Shown: positions 25,170-36,174 of the stretch, one piece after another
Layout of the letters: the number at the start of each line of letters is the position of its first letter
How positions within the stretch are numbered: the first letter of the stretch is position 1
Origin: Neoechinorhynchus agilis
Lineage: Eukaryota; Animalia; Acanthocephala
NCBI GenBank assembly: GCA_051530055.1
Contig: CM121342.1
Location: forward strand, 5,517,489-5,581,488
Length of the DNA stretch: 64,000 nucleotides
Reading direction: 5' to 3'
Translations under genes and position numbers: made by a program
Notes under the pieces: model-generated
Databases searched by the model: none
The model's input: only the letters and a program-made list of their open reading frames with translations
Told to the model about the DNA's origin: nothing

Positions 25170-26262
25170 GCTGAAAATACACCAGTCCGGGGAGGAGGAC
25201 GTCGCTGGACGCTTCCATCGCCCTCTTTTTGGTGTGAGTTTTGAACCACCGCGCAAAAAATGTAACCAGCTCGCGAAAAATTAACTAAGAAATATGCCCA
25301 TTTTACATTCTCAACGCGGCTGATTTCTTAGGTTCAAAACTCACACCAAAAAGAGCGAGGGAAGAGCATAAAATCACGCCTAAAAACCCTGAAATATACG
25401 GTCCGAGGAGGAGGACGTCGCTGGACGCTTCCATCGCCCTCTTTTTGGTGTGAGTTTTGAACCACCGCGCAAAAAATGTAACCAGCTCGCGAAAAATAAA
25501 CTAAGAAATATGCCCATTTTTGAATTGATTACATTCTCTACGCGGCTGATTTCTTGGGTTCAAAACTCACACCAAAAAGAGCGAGGGAAGAGCATAAAAT
25601 CACGCCTAAAACCCTGAAATATACGGTCCGAGGAGGACGTCGCTGGACGCTTCCCTCGCCCTCTTTTTGGTGTGAGTTTTGAACCACTGCGCAAAAAATG
25701 TAACCAGCTCGCGAAAAATTAACTAAGAAATATGCCCATTTTTCTCACGCGGCTGATTTCTTGGTTCAAAACTCACACAAAAAGAGCGAGGGAAGAGCAT
25801 AAAATCACGCCTAAAAACCTGAAATATACGGTCCGAGGAGGAGGCGTCGCTGGACGTTCCTCCCTCTTTTGGTGTGAGTTTTGGGGGTTTGTTGGTGGGG
25901 GGGAGTCGCTGGAGTTCCTCCCCTTTTTTGGTGTGAGTTTTGAAACCACTGCGCAAAAAATGTAACCAGCTCGCGAAAAATAAACTAAGAAATATGCCCA
26001 TTTTTGAATTGATTACATTATCTACGCGGCTGATTTCTTGGGTTCAAAACTCAGACTAAAAAGGGCGAGGGAATCGCATAAAATCACGCCTAAAACCCTG
26101 AAATATACGGTCCGAGGAGGACGTCGCTGGACGCTTCCCTCACCCTCTTTTTGGTGTGAGTTTTGAACCACTGCGCAAAAAATGTAACCAGCTCGCGAAA
26201 AATAAACTAAGAAATATGCCCATTTTTGAATTGATTACATTCTCTACGCGGCTGATTTCTTT
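25170..26262. repeat. Repeat family A tandem array, about 216-222 bp units (one about 262), about 4.7 copies, each with an internal inverted repeat
   Basis: GCGCAAAAAATGTAACCAGCTCGCG recurs five times; each unit has TTCAAAACTCACACCAAAAAGAG...CTCTTTTTGGTGTGAGTTTTGAA. Confidence 0.92.
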
Positions 26263-26399
26263 TGCTCACCAAAATGAGTTTAATAAGACGTTTATTTGTC
26301 TTTGGAGACGACGTCTGCGTCTTTTTTTGGCACATTTTGAATGGTTCGTGTTGGTAGATCACTGAACGAATTTTAACACAATTCAAAAAAAATACGTTC

Positions 26400-27060
26400 A
26401 AATTTTTTTTTAGAATTTCGGTCCTAGCGGTTGGTTCAATTAAGAATCTCTGAGAAGATCTCGTTCGATTTCAGCTTGAACAAAACAACTTAAAAAGAAT
26501 TCTATAAAAAGGCACACATTTTTGAACGCGGCTTCTCAAGGAGTTTTCCGGAAGAATCGAATTCGTCTACTGCGTGTTTTGATCCCAAGGCGACGTTGCG
26601 TTTTCAGCCTTGATTTTCTCTGTCACATTGATAGAGATTTTTTGTCTAAACGTCACCTTGTGTAGAATTGCTTCAGTCTTTGGCAACGAAACACTATTTG
26701 TAAGGTTTTTCTTTTGCTGAACAAGTCCAGTGCACTTGGACGAAATATAATTTTTTCCCTTCCGATACTCATTGATTTGATCTTCAACTTGAGAATAAGT
26801 GTTTAAGACCCGATTTTGTTCACTTTCTTTTTTTGGGACAAAGTAACAAACCAACTTCTCGCTCTTTGTGTAAGTTCAATGTTTTTAATTGCATTTATAA
26901 AATGTTGCTTTGGAAGCGAAAGAAAGCTCCTTGCAATTAGCGAGAAATAGAAAAAAAGCGAAACGTGGTAGCTCTTTTGTGCGACGTCTTTATTGTTGTT
27001 AAGATGTTGGTTTTTCTGTGTTGAGGTTCCTTGTTTATTTTTGACATCACCAAACAACTT
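26400..27060 (-). CDS. Possible uncharacterised gene divergent from U2AF35
   Basis: Two overlapping open frames (84 and 95 aa) with plausible GT-AG junctions; no recognisable motif. Confidence 0.2.
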
Positions 27061-27123
27061 GTTTACAAACAGCTTAAATTTGTTCTAAAAAACTTGTTCG
27101 TATGTTTTTCTATGTATTCTTCG

Positions 27124-27372
27124 CTGATAAGCAATTGATTCCGAGAAATCATTCGCTCAAACCGAACATGACGAGAAAATACTTTCTGGTCATGATTCTC
27201 ATCGCCGATAAGCAATTGATTCCGAGAAATCATTCGCTCAAACCGAACATGACGAGAAAATACTTTCGGTCATGATTCTCATCGCATAAGCAATTGATTC
27301 CGAGAAATCATTCGCTCAAACCGAACATGACGAGAAAATCATTCGCTCAAACCGAACATGACGAGAAAATCT
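27124..27372. repeat. About 81-bp tandem repeat upstream of U2AF35, about 3 copies
   Basis: ATAAGCAATTGATTCCGAGAAATCATTCGCTCAAACCGAACATGACGAGAAAAT is repeated. Confidence 0.85.
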
Positions 27373-27429
27373 TTTTTACTTTACGTCTAAACGAGCGCAA
27401 TATTTCAGATCGAAATTCGCGCAAAAGAG

Positions 27430-28926
27430 ATGGCAGAGTATTTGGCATCGATTTTCGGCACAGAAAAGGACAAGTACGTTTTTGTGGGTTTCGATAACTT
27501 CGTCTACTCAAAAAAAAGGGTAAATTGTTCGTTTTACTTCAAAATCGGAGCATGTCGACACGGCGAGAAGTGTTCTCGGATTCATAATAAGCCAGCATTT
27601 AGTCAGGTTTGAATATTTTCTCTTAGGTTCTGCGGCGGGTTCTCTTTGTCTCAGAATGCTTTAGAATCAGAAACGATTCTTTTTTAATGATTATCGCGTT
27701 TGTGCTTAGACCGTTTTATTGAAAAACCTGTATCTAAATCCCAGGCATACTAATCGCATTTCTGGTAAAGCGCCTTATTCTGATCTAACGCCCGAAGAGG
27801 AACAATCGTATTTTGAGGATTTCTTCGAGGAAGTGTACAGTGAACTAGAGGAAAAGGTGAGTTTGTCGCTGAAAATCAAATGTTTCTTCGTTCGGAAATA
27901 TTTAGTATGGACGCCTCGAAGAACTTATCGTTTGCGACAATCTTGGAGAACATCTTGTCGGAAACATTTATGCAAAGGTTTGTGATAATTGTGCCGAACT
28001 TGTCATTCCCTTTGTTTATTCCGACTGTCTTCCCCCCCCCCAAAAAAACCCACAACAAACGATTGAAGTCCACAAAAAAAATCGGAGTCAACAAACGTGT
28101 TGACAGCCGCAACCTTATTAACCTCCCAGATGATTTGTACGAATTTTCGTCTGCATGCAGACCTCTTATTTTTCCGAGACAACAAAAAAGAATGGGCTCA
28201 TAACTGCCACGAAAGAATTCACCAAATTTTTGAAACGTCGTGATTTTTCCCCGATTTATGATCGCGCGCGATTTGGTTATGAAAAGTGCTTCTGTCAAAG
28301 AAACGAACGTTACGTCATCGTGACGTTGAGGGTCACTAAGGAGCCACGAAAGAATTCCCGGCCGATTTTTAAGATCGCGCGCGATTTGGTTATGGAAAGT
28401 GCTTCTTCTGTCAAAGAAACGAACATTACGTCATCGTGACGTAGAAGGTCCCGATTTTTAAGATTGCGCGCGATTTGGTTATGGAAAGTGCTTCGGTCAA
28501 AGAATAATTGTGCGAGTTTTAGTTTTACAAAGAGACGGACGCAGAGAAGGCGGTACAAGGACTGAATAATCGATGGTTCGACGGAAAACCGGTATACGCT
28601 GAATTGAGTCCGGTTACAGACTTTAAGGAAGCATCCTGCCGGAAGTTTGACCAGGGGTGAGTGTTTCGTAGAGTTTCGGATATGATTACAACATGCGTAG
28701 AGATTGTCAACGAGGCGGATTTTGCAACTTCATGCACATAAAACCCGTTCCTAGACGTATTCTTCAAAGATTAAGATCATATCGAACGGATGATCGATCG
28801 GAGACTAGCGACGAGGATCAAAACCGGAGGTTGTGTGTGTGGGTGCGTTTTTAACCTACAAAAACACATTTTAGATCACACGACAATCGAAGACGAAGTG
28901 GTGATCGACGCAGAAGGAATTCATAG
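27430..28926 (+). CDS. U2AF1: U2 snRNP auxiliary factor small subunit, 7 exons
   Basis: [15 protein letters not shown]|[15 protein letters not shown]...SQ|TVLLKNLY...|[24 protein letters not shown]|F...AELSPVTDF...G|[12 protein letters not shown]; all junctions are GT-AG. Confidence 0.96.
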
Positions 28927-29031
28927 TTGTGTTTGTGTTGATTACGGTTTTAGTTGGTCTAGAACAAAAAAAATAGAGCGCTCGCTCAATCCATCGCCGC
29001 CACGAGAAACGATCACTTTCTATTGCGCATA

Positions 29032-29810
29032 TCATCTCTCATACGATTGATTTGATCGCTGATCACTAGGACGATCGCGTTGTTGTTTGGTACGCCATGG
29101 CGAATACGACCTTGACCTGTGTTGTCGTCGTCGTGTGTCGTCGTATCGATTGATTGAAGAAGACCTTCTAAATTTTAGGAATCTGCTAACACACCGGATC
29201 TTGTTGGATCAGCGACACAGCACCATCTATCCTAAATCGCGACGATCCCTCTGTTATCAGCGCGAAAACCGCCCTCCAAACGAAAAACCCTGAATTCGAG
29301 GCTACAATGCCTCTTTAAAAACTTACTTTCGTCCGTTTCGATGAGACCGTTTACGTCCAACGCCTGCTGAAGTATTGCGACCGTATCGAGCGAGATGGAC
29401 TCCGAGTTGTCGACCGTCTAATCGAAATCCGTCCATTTCCTTCATGGCACACATTGCATCGTCTCTTTTAGTAAACCTGAAACGGACGACGAGCGAGATG
29501 AATAGAGAAATAGCGCCGGATCAAACCTAACGAATGCGTATCCGAGACTCTCGTGAGTAACGTGATTCCGGGGAAGATAAACGTCCCCAATCTCCCCGAA
29601 CCCGCAAAACGCCTTGCGTAGCTCGTCCACTCGAGTACTGTACGATATATTGTCCACTTTTAGACTCACAAGATTATCGATGTGTAGCGGTGGACTCCGG
29701 GGATTCCTTCTTCTCCTCGTAGCTGTGGTCCGGTCGTCCGGGGACCTGCTGTTATGACGTCGACCGGACGAAGACTTGTTGTACTCTTCGCTACTATAAC
29801 GACGGCTCAT
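29032..29810 (-). CDS. SRSF2: SR splicing factor SC35-like (RRM plus short RS tail), 3 exons
   Basis: PPLHIDNLVSLKVDNISY...GDVYLPR...GYAFVR|F...MDGFRLDGRQLGVHLARYGR, then an RS-rich last exon. Confidence 0.88.
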
Positions 29811-29887
29811 CTGAAATCGACGGGTGCTTTTGGGCGATTTTAGTACGGAGGCTTTCAAAAGAAGAAAGAATTTTGAAACTATTCTCT

Positions 29888-30592
29888 CTAGAAGATGACA
29901 AAGAGTGCAAATACGACGTAGAACAAGAGACAAGGATATCCGACTAGAATGCGCAATCCTCGTTTAGTTTGTTGATCCGTTACCATAGCGGTTGCTAGTA
30001 ATCTGGCGGCAGCATAAGTGGACCAGCCGATGGCGACTACAACCACGAAAGCGGCCAAAATGCCCGAGTTTAGGTTTGAGAGTTTAAGAATTGGCCAAAC
30101 GAAACTTAGCGCTACGATTGGAAGAAGGCAGTATCCAAGAGCACTCGTTGTAAACGCCAGGGTGATCATTGATGATTGGTTCGTCTTCGAATAGGCAGTG
30201 TCCATTGCGGCCAACAGACCGTACATCAGTAGACAGCCAACGCTTGAGTATCCGTAAATGTAGCCAAAGTAGTGTTTTCCGAGTCCGAATAGAAGAGAAA
30301 ACGCAAACGCAACGATGAACACGAGCGGTCCTGTCAAATCGCTCAAGAGTAATTCGTCACTGGTGCACGACGATGACGCAACGAACGGGTTCATTACGAA
30401 CGCTGTTTGTTTCCAAATCGAACTTAAATCTATTCCTAACTCCTCAAGCAAAGGCTTCTCCTCCTGATCGGTGCTGCTTGGTGCTGTTGGTTGAAAAAAT
30501 GCTTCCGGTCTAACGGGTTTGTAGTTGAACGTCGGCTCACAATGAACAACTGGCCCAGGAACGTAAAATCCATCCGGTGACGTCGGCCGCAT
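29888..30592 (-). CDS. YIPF5: Yip1-domain protein, intronless
   Basis: EEKPLLEELGID, DLTGPLVF, GYIYG, LGYCLLP, YPCLLFYVVFALFVIF. Confidence 0.9.
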   Translation of the reverse strand: MRPTSPDGFYVPGPVVHCEPTFNYKPVRPEAFFQPTAPSSTDQEEKPLLEELGIDLSSIWKQTAFVMNPFVASSSCTSDELLLSDLTGPLVFIVAFAFSLLFGLGKHYFGYIYGYSSVGCLLMYGLLAAMDTAYSKTNQSSMITLAFTTSALGYCLLPIVALSFVWPILKLSNLNSGILAAFVVVVAIGWSTYAAARLLATAMVTDQQTKRGLRILVGYPCLLFYVVFALFVIF

Positions 30593-30843
30593 AGACAACA
30601 CTGTCGTTTGAAGCTGAAACCAAATCGATCATGGAACACTCAATGTGATTCTTTCTCGGCGCTCTGTCAAAAACAAGTTTTCTGTTTGAAATGGTCAAAT
30701 AGTTTATCGGGACTAAGTTTTGTTGTTCGAATCTTCGATAAAATCCTTCGGGTTAGTCAAAGTATAGGTTTAGTGAGCACAGACACCTCTACCAAAAACT
30801 TACAATGATGAGGCGATATTTCCCCTATAAATCAAATGTGCTA

Positions 30844-31286
30844 TTACCGGGGATTATTTTGACCAAAATAAATGCCTGTCATAGTCACTCCGTCGCGTCT
30901 AACCTCGACGCCATCAAAATTGATTTCATGCCCGTCGATGTGGGACACTATTGTCGAGTTTACACCAGACTTTGATTTTGCTCGTATGAGCTCATTGTTC
31001 GTTTGTCCCACATATGAGATAGATTGCAGTTGGAACATGGGCAGCAGGAACATCCTCATTCTTCGATAGTATTCCTTGGAGATTTTGTCACTATCGATTC
31101 GTTCACTGATCAATGGTGTCTCGATCTCACCAGAGGAACATTTTGAGCCTCCTTCATACTTTTAGTTTGCTGAAGATCCAGTTCATATTTGAGTAGTACG
31201 TCATCCGAACTTGTCCGGGCAACGAAACTCAGTCTGCGAGTCCAACCGGATAAACTATCTGACAATGCTTCTTTTAAATTGTACAT
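30844..31286 (-). CDS. Uncharacterised protein of about 128 aa, 2 exons inferred
   Basis: ATG at 31286 opens 52 codons; a 56-nt phase-0 GTGAG..CAAG intron joins the frame of the 89-aa ORF. Confidence 0.45.
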
Positions 31287-31404
31287 TGACTGAAGAAGGC
31301 CCGCTTCCGGGTTCTCTTATATCGAATTTTTTAACTTTTTGCCCTTAATACAAAACAACCAACGTGAACAATTATCAATGTTCGAACTTTTTTTTTGAAG
31401 AAGT

Positions 31405-31620
31405 TTTGTTCGATGTCTTCATTTTTCTTGTTAGAAAAATAAGCCAGTTTCCATTCGCTTTTTTTAAATCACCAAAGAACACAAAAACCACTTTAAAAAA
31501 AAGAATTTAAATGTTCTTTGGTGTAATTGAGAAGAGGTTTCGTTCGATGTCTTCATTTTTCTTGTTAAAAAAATAAGCCAGTTTCCATTCGCTTTTTTTT
31601 AAATCACCAAAGAACGCAAA
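31405..31620. repeat. Direct duplication of about 75 bp at about 134 bp spacing
   Basis: GTTCGATGTCTTCATTTTTCTTGTTA..AAAATAAGCCAGTTTCCATTCGC occurs twice. Confidence 0.8.
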
Positions 31621-31900
31621 TTTCTACTCTTGCACATAAGTAGTTATGAAGACATTGTGGCACAATGCGGTTTCTTCTCATATAAATCTCCCAGGATGAC
31701 AATAATCGAAACCAATATAAAGTGTCCCATTTTCTTTTTCTCGTTAGTCACGAGTATCTCGCACATTTCTGGCGTATTTTTCATGAGCAGCACTCACACT
31801 TTTTCGTCGTGAGTGACTCGTGTATAACTGCTACGTTATTCGATTCACGTCTTGCGGAACTTCCCTATCGCTCCTCAGACTCGTCTGTTTGTTGTAGATA

Positions 31901-32697
31901 ATGAGTATCCAGTGGACATTCGCCGCATCGTTCCTCTACACTGAGATCGCCATCGTCTTTATTCTCCTTCTTCCCATATCGCCATTGCTGTGAGTAATCG
32001 AAGCTCTCCTCTGGATTTTGTTGATTCAAGTGATTAAGATGGCGCCGATTTCTTCATTGGAAACTAATCAAAGCTTTGTCCGCCTATGCCAATCTGTACT
32101 TCAATGTCATAATATGCATATTCCTTATGCTTTTCGCTGGTTAGCACTCACAATATTTAAAAGAAAACTAACGGTCGTCGTTGGCACCCATCAACGCTTC
32201 TTCGTTTAGATTCCGTCCGTGAACTAAGGAAATATGCTCGAATCGACGGTTTCCGCGACGTTTCTTTGCCCCACGCCGAACATCATGTTCTCATGAAACA
32301 ATTTAGAGCACAAAGAAACTTTTATATCGCAGGATTCGTGATGTTCTTATGGCTGTGAGTATTTTTTGCCAATAGGATTCAAAAGGCTTTCGAAGAAATC
32401 TCTTTTAGAGTTATATCTCGTCTTATCAAACTCATTTTAAACTCGGCTGCACTAATGGTCCGGGCTGATGCAATGACCAAACAGGCGATGAGTTCCAACC
32501 GTGCAGCTCAACAAATGATGGAAGATGTTGCTAATGCAACCGATTCACAGGAATTGGAAAATAAAATCAAGGATTTGGATATTGTTCATGAGTCACTCAA
32601 GAAAGAGTATGACACCCTCCAAAAAGAGCACGAGAAGCTTCAGAGGAAATTTGATGAACTCACTGTGGTCCATGGCCAAGGTATCAAAACCGATTAG
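31901..32697 (+). CDS. BCAP31: B-cell receptor-associated protein 29/31 family, 4 coding exons
   Basis: MSIQWTFAASFLYTEIAIVFILLLP, FRAQRNFYIAGF, C-terminal coiled coil. Confidence 0.9.
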
Positions 32698-33077
32698 ATA
32701 AAAGACAATGCGTACGTGGGTTTTTTTGAGAAAAATACTGATGGTTCTCTGAATAAATAGAAAGGGAAATCTGTCACGTTTTAACCGAAAGATCACACAC
32801 AAAAGTATTGCGGAGCCTTTTAAGATTAGAGATTCCCATTGGTTAGAAGTAGGAATAAATAATGTTTCTTGCTTTTGGTGTTTACAACTTCTTTAGATCG
32901 CGTCCCCTATCTTGATTGATTTTATTGCTTTCAATAATAAACAGGGTGTGATTCTGCATTCGATTCCTTGGGCAAAACTAAAAGTTTAGCCATCGCTCGA
33001 GGCGAAGGTTCTTCAAAGTCAATGAGCGTTTCGCAGCAAACGGAGAATTCAAACTTTCTTGATAATCATTTCTAGAC

Positions 33078-34076
33078 ATGTCTGAGATTTTGAAGACCTT
33101 TAAGTTTGACAAAGTTTTATCTCAAAACGTAGATAGGAAATCAATAGCGTTATTGGGAACGGTCGGTGCGTCCAACAAAGCAATTTTTATTCTGGAAAAG
33201 GCGCCGTACAACATGGACACAATAAACAATGATTTGCAATTCAACAACAACAACAACAACAACGACGACGACGAACTTACAAATAAATTGGTTCTGCGAC
33301 AAAAAAATGACATTTATTCGAAATACGAGTTCTTTAGTTCAAATGTATCAATTCAGAATATGACGATGATTTACCCCGCGACGGACGCTCATATTTTGAA
33401 ATATTCTTCTACTGAACATGCGTTCATTAAGGAAACTTATGAGATTTACGATAAAGTAGTCCGCGATCACGTGGAGAAAGCAGCGTTAAAGTTGAATTGG
33501 GTTTGGAACATGTTTCGTTTAGAAGAAAATGAATCAAAAGTTGCTGACGGAGAAACAATAATTCTCAATCACAAACAATCAGGAGAAGAGTTCGTTTTAG
33601 CTTACGATTATCAATGGAATGGTGAACAATTGGACGACCTGCATTTGATTGCTATACTTAAAGATTGCTCTCTTCGTTCAATTAGGGATCTTCGAGGAAA
33701 GCACGTCTTAATTGAACGAATAAAAGGTTCTAATTCGTTCAATTGAATAAAGATTTTACTTAAATTAAGAGAACTTTGTCTTCAAGTCATAAAAAAGAGG
33801 TTTGGATTATCACAACAAAACCTACGAATATTCTTTCACTATCTCCCTTCGTTTTATCAACTCCACGTTCATTTTACGAGCATTCCTCTCAATTCTTGTA
33901 GCTGTCAAGTTGAACGAGCTCATTTACTGGACGATGTCATTGAGAATCTAGAAGCGGACCAAGAGTATTATTCGAAACGGAATATAAGGTATCTGTTGAA
34001 AATTTCAGATCCATTGTATCACAAAATCAAGGCGTTTGAATCACAAAAGAGATTGAGTGAAACCGAACAAGTTTAA
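33078..34076 (+). CDS. DCPS: Scavenger mRNA decapping enzyme, 2 exons
   Basis: KAIFILEK, TMIYPATDAHILKY, WVWN, SIRDL, HYLPSFYQLHVHF, VERAHLLDDVIENL; 45-nt intron at 33727-33771. Confidence 0.93.
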
Positions 34077-34344
34077 AATTTTCTGGCACTTTAGCAGCTA
34101 CCAAACTTGAGCGTCTTGATAAGAAATGTTGCACTAAAGCAAGATTTGAGCGTGTTATTTGAGTTTATTACGTTGAAAATCGTCTTTTTTTAAACGGACA
34201 ACTATCAGCACATTTCAGTAGTTGTATTGAGTGAAATCAAAAGACCTGAAGAACGGAAATCGTAGATATCCGGTTAAAAAGCGACGAGACCCATCTTAAA
34301 AAACAGACATTTTGCACAGTGATTTTACGAATCGACATTTCTTC

Positions 34345-35015
34345 AAAGGTTTTGTTTGTCCGTGGTTCCTTGGGATCTCCGCTGTAGCGGGTCTGGTTCT
34401 CCACCACAATTAACCGAACCTTTCGTGCCTGAGACCCCTCAGATCACCACTGATTCCATTTCGACACCTGATATCGTGCGGTTTCTGCCCAGGAAAGTCC
34501 TGAAACGGATCTCTAAAGGCGCGCGATATCTGGTCGCCAAAGCATTTACGGGATTGCTCAACGACTGCCTCCAAAGGAACCACGTCGCTTCGCTTTCCCG
34601 CGCTTAGTCCTCTGCACCAGCGGTGATTCTGGGGTGTCTTTGACATCAACAATCAAGGAAAGGTTAGCCTCTTTTGAACAAATATTTAACGATTTTGAAA
34701 GGAATCTCCGCGAGGCTCGTAAGGGACGCACGAAGGAAGAGTTTCGCTGCCGTTTTTCAAAGCTATCACTGACTGAACGTGTCTATTCGAAGCTTGCGGA
34801 CGGAGATGTTCGGGGGGCTGTTCCGTTATTGTCATCCTCCGACAGTTTCGCAAAAGGAGACAGCGAGACGCTACAAATACTCCGGTTGAAGCACCCATGT
34901 GGTAGCAGAAGTTTTGAAATTCCATCTCCTCCCACACAAGACAGGACACCCACTCAAATTTCAGAATTAAAAAAGGCAATCTCATCTTTTGCAAAGACCT
35001 CAGCACCTAAAGGAC
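34345..35015 (+). mobile_element. Internal (pre-RT) fragment of a CRE-like retrotransposon ORF
   Basis: VLKRISKGAR..A...LLNDCL, then SKLADGDVRGAVPLLSSSDSFA..ETLQILRLKHP...ELKKAISSF..SA, typical of the region preceding the RT in this family; contains stops. Confidence 0.6.
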
Positions 35016-35478
35016 ATAGCGACGAGACACATCATAAAAAACAGACATTTTGCATAGTGATTTTGCGAATCGACATTTTCGAAATGAGTAGTTCGGGCCA
35101 AATGAATTAAATAGAACTCACAAAAGACCAAGAAAAAGTTATTGGTCCGATCCAATTTGAAAAACACAAGTCAATCCAATTAATGAGAGCGAGAAACTAC
35201 GACTCTTTCCCATTGTCCAATTAAAGAAATTCTCGATTTTTCAGCTTTCGGTTAAAGTGGAAACTATTCATAGTTGTTTGTAGTCCGTGAGAAGCAAAAC
35301 ACACTCAAGAGACTATAGGGCGCTCCTTTATCGTTCCTTCTATTGAATCATCAGTAGGAAAAGAAAAGATTGAGTCATCTTTTTTTTGGTGGCACCAAGT
35401 ATTTTTAGAACGAAGCTAAAATGTGGGCAATGAAAGTTCGCTAGCAAACAAAACACCACATTCTCTTTCAGATTATTA

Positions 35479-36174
35479 ATGACCGAATCATTGTCCGAAT
35501 CGTCAAGTGGCATTGAGCACATACCACTCACTAACCTTCAGCATCTACTCCTCACGATTGGGTCCGGTGCAGTTTGCCTTCTAAATCCAACTCGCGGCAA
35601 TATGATAGCCACTTTTGGCGAAGTCACTGGTCAACGAGCCCTGAAATCGATTCGGCAAAGAATGATGGAAGACGACAATGGCCGTAAAATCCTCGAAGAA
35701 AAACCTTTGATAACATCGAAGACAGTAGATCTGGATTTGTTATCTCAACTACCACCCGAAACATTCGGCAACCATTATTTCCAATTTTTGAAAAATTACA
35801 ATTACTCTCCTGATGAGCGACGAGCGGTCTATTTTGTAGATGATCCGGAACTGGCGTACGTGATGCTCCGTTATAGACAACTTCATGATTTAACTCATGT
35901 AATTCTTGGGCAACCGACTAATCTTCTGGGAGAGATCGTAGTAAAAAGATTTGAAGCTACTCAATACGCTCTTCCAATGTGCATTCTTGGCTCGACTTTC
36001 GCATCTTGGAGACTTGGACCCAAACATTCTGCAAAATATTTGAATCAATATCTTCCTTGGGTGATCCAGACCGCCAAAAGAGCCCGGCTATTTATTAATT
36101 GCAAATTCGAAGATCATTGGACCACTCCTATTGACAAACTCCGAAGAAGCCTTAGAGTTAAAATGTTAGATTGA
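35479..36174 (+). CDS. COQ4: Ubiquinone biosynthesis protein COQ4, intronless as seen
   Basis: NPTRGNMIATFGEVTG, LPPETFG, YVMLRYRQLHDLTH, GEIVVKRFE (HDxxH..E motif). Confidence 0.95.
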   Translation: MTESLSESSSGIEHIPLTNLQHLLLTIGSGAVCLLNPTRGNMIATFGEVTGQRALKSIRQRMMEDDNGRKILEEKPLITSKTVDLDLLSQLPPETFGNHYFQFLKNYNYSPDERRAVYFVDDPELAYVMLRYRQLHDLTHVILGQPTNLLGEIVVKRFEATQYALPMCILGSTFASWRLGPKHSAKYLNQYLPWVIQTAKRARLFINCKFEDHWTTPIDKLRRSLRVKMLD

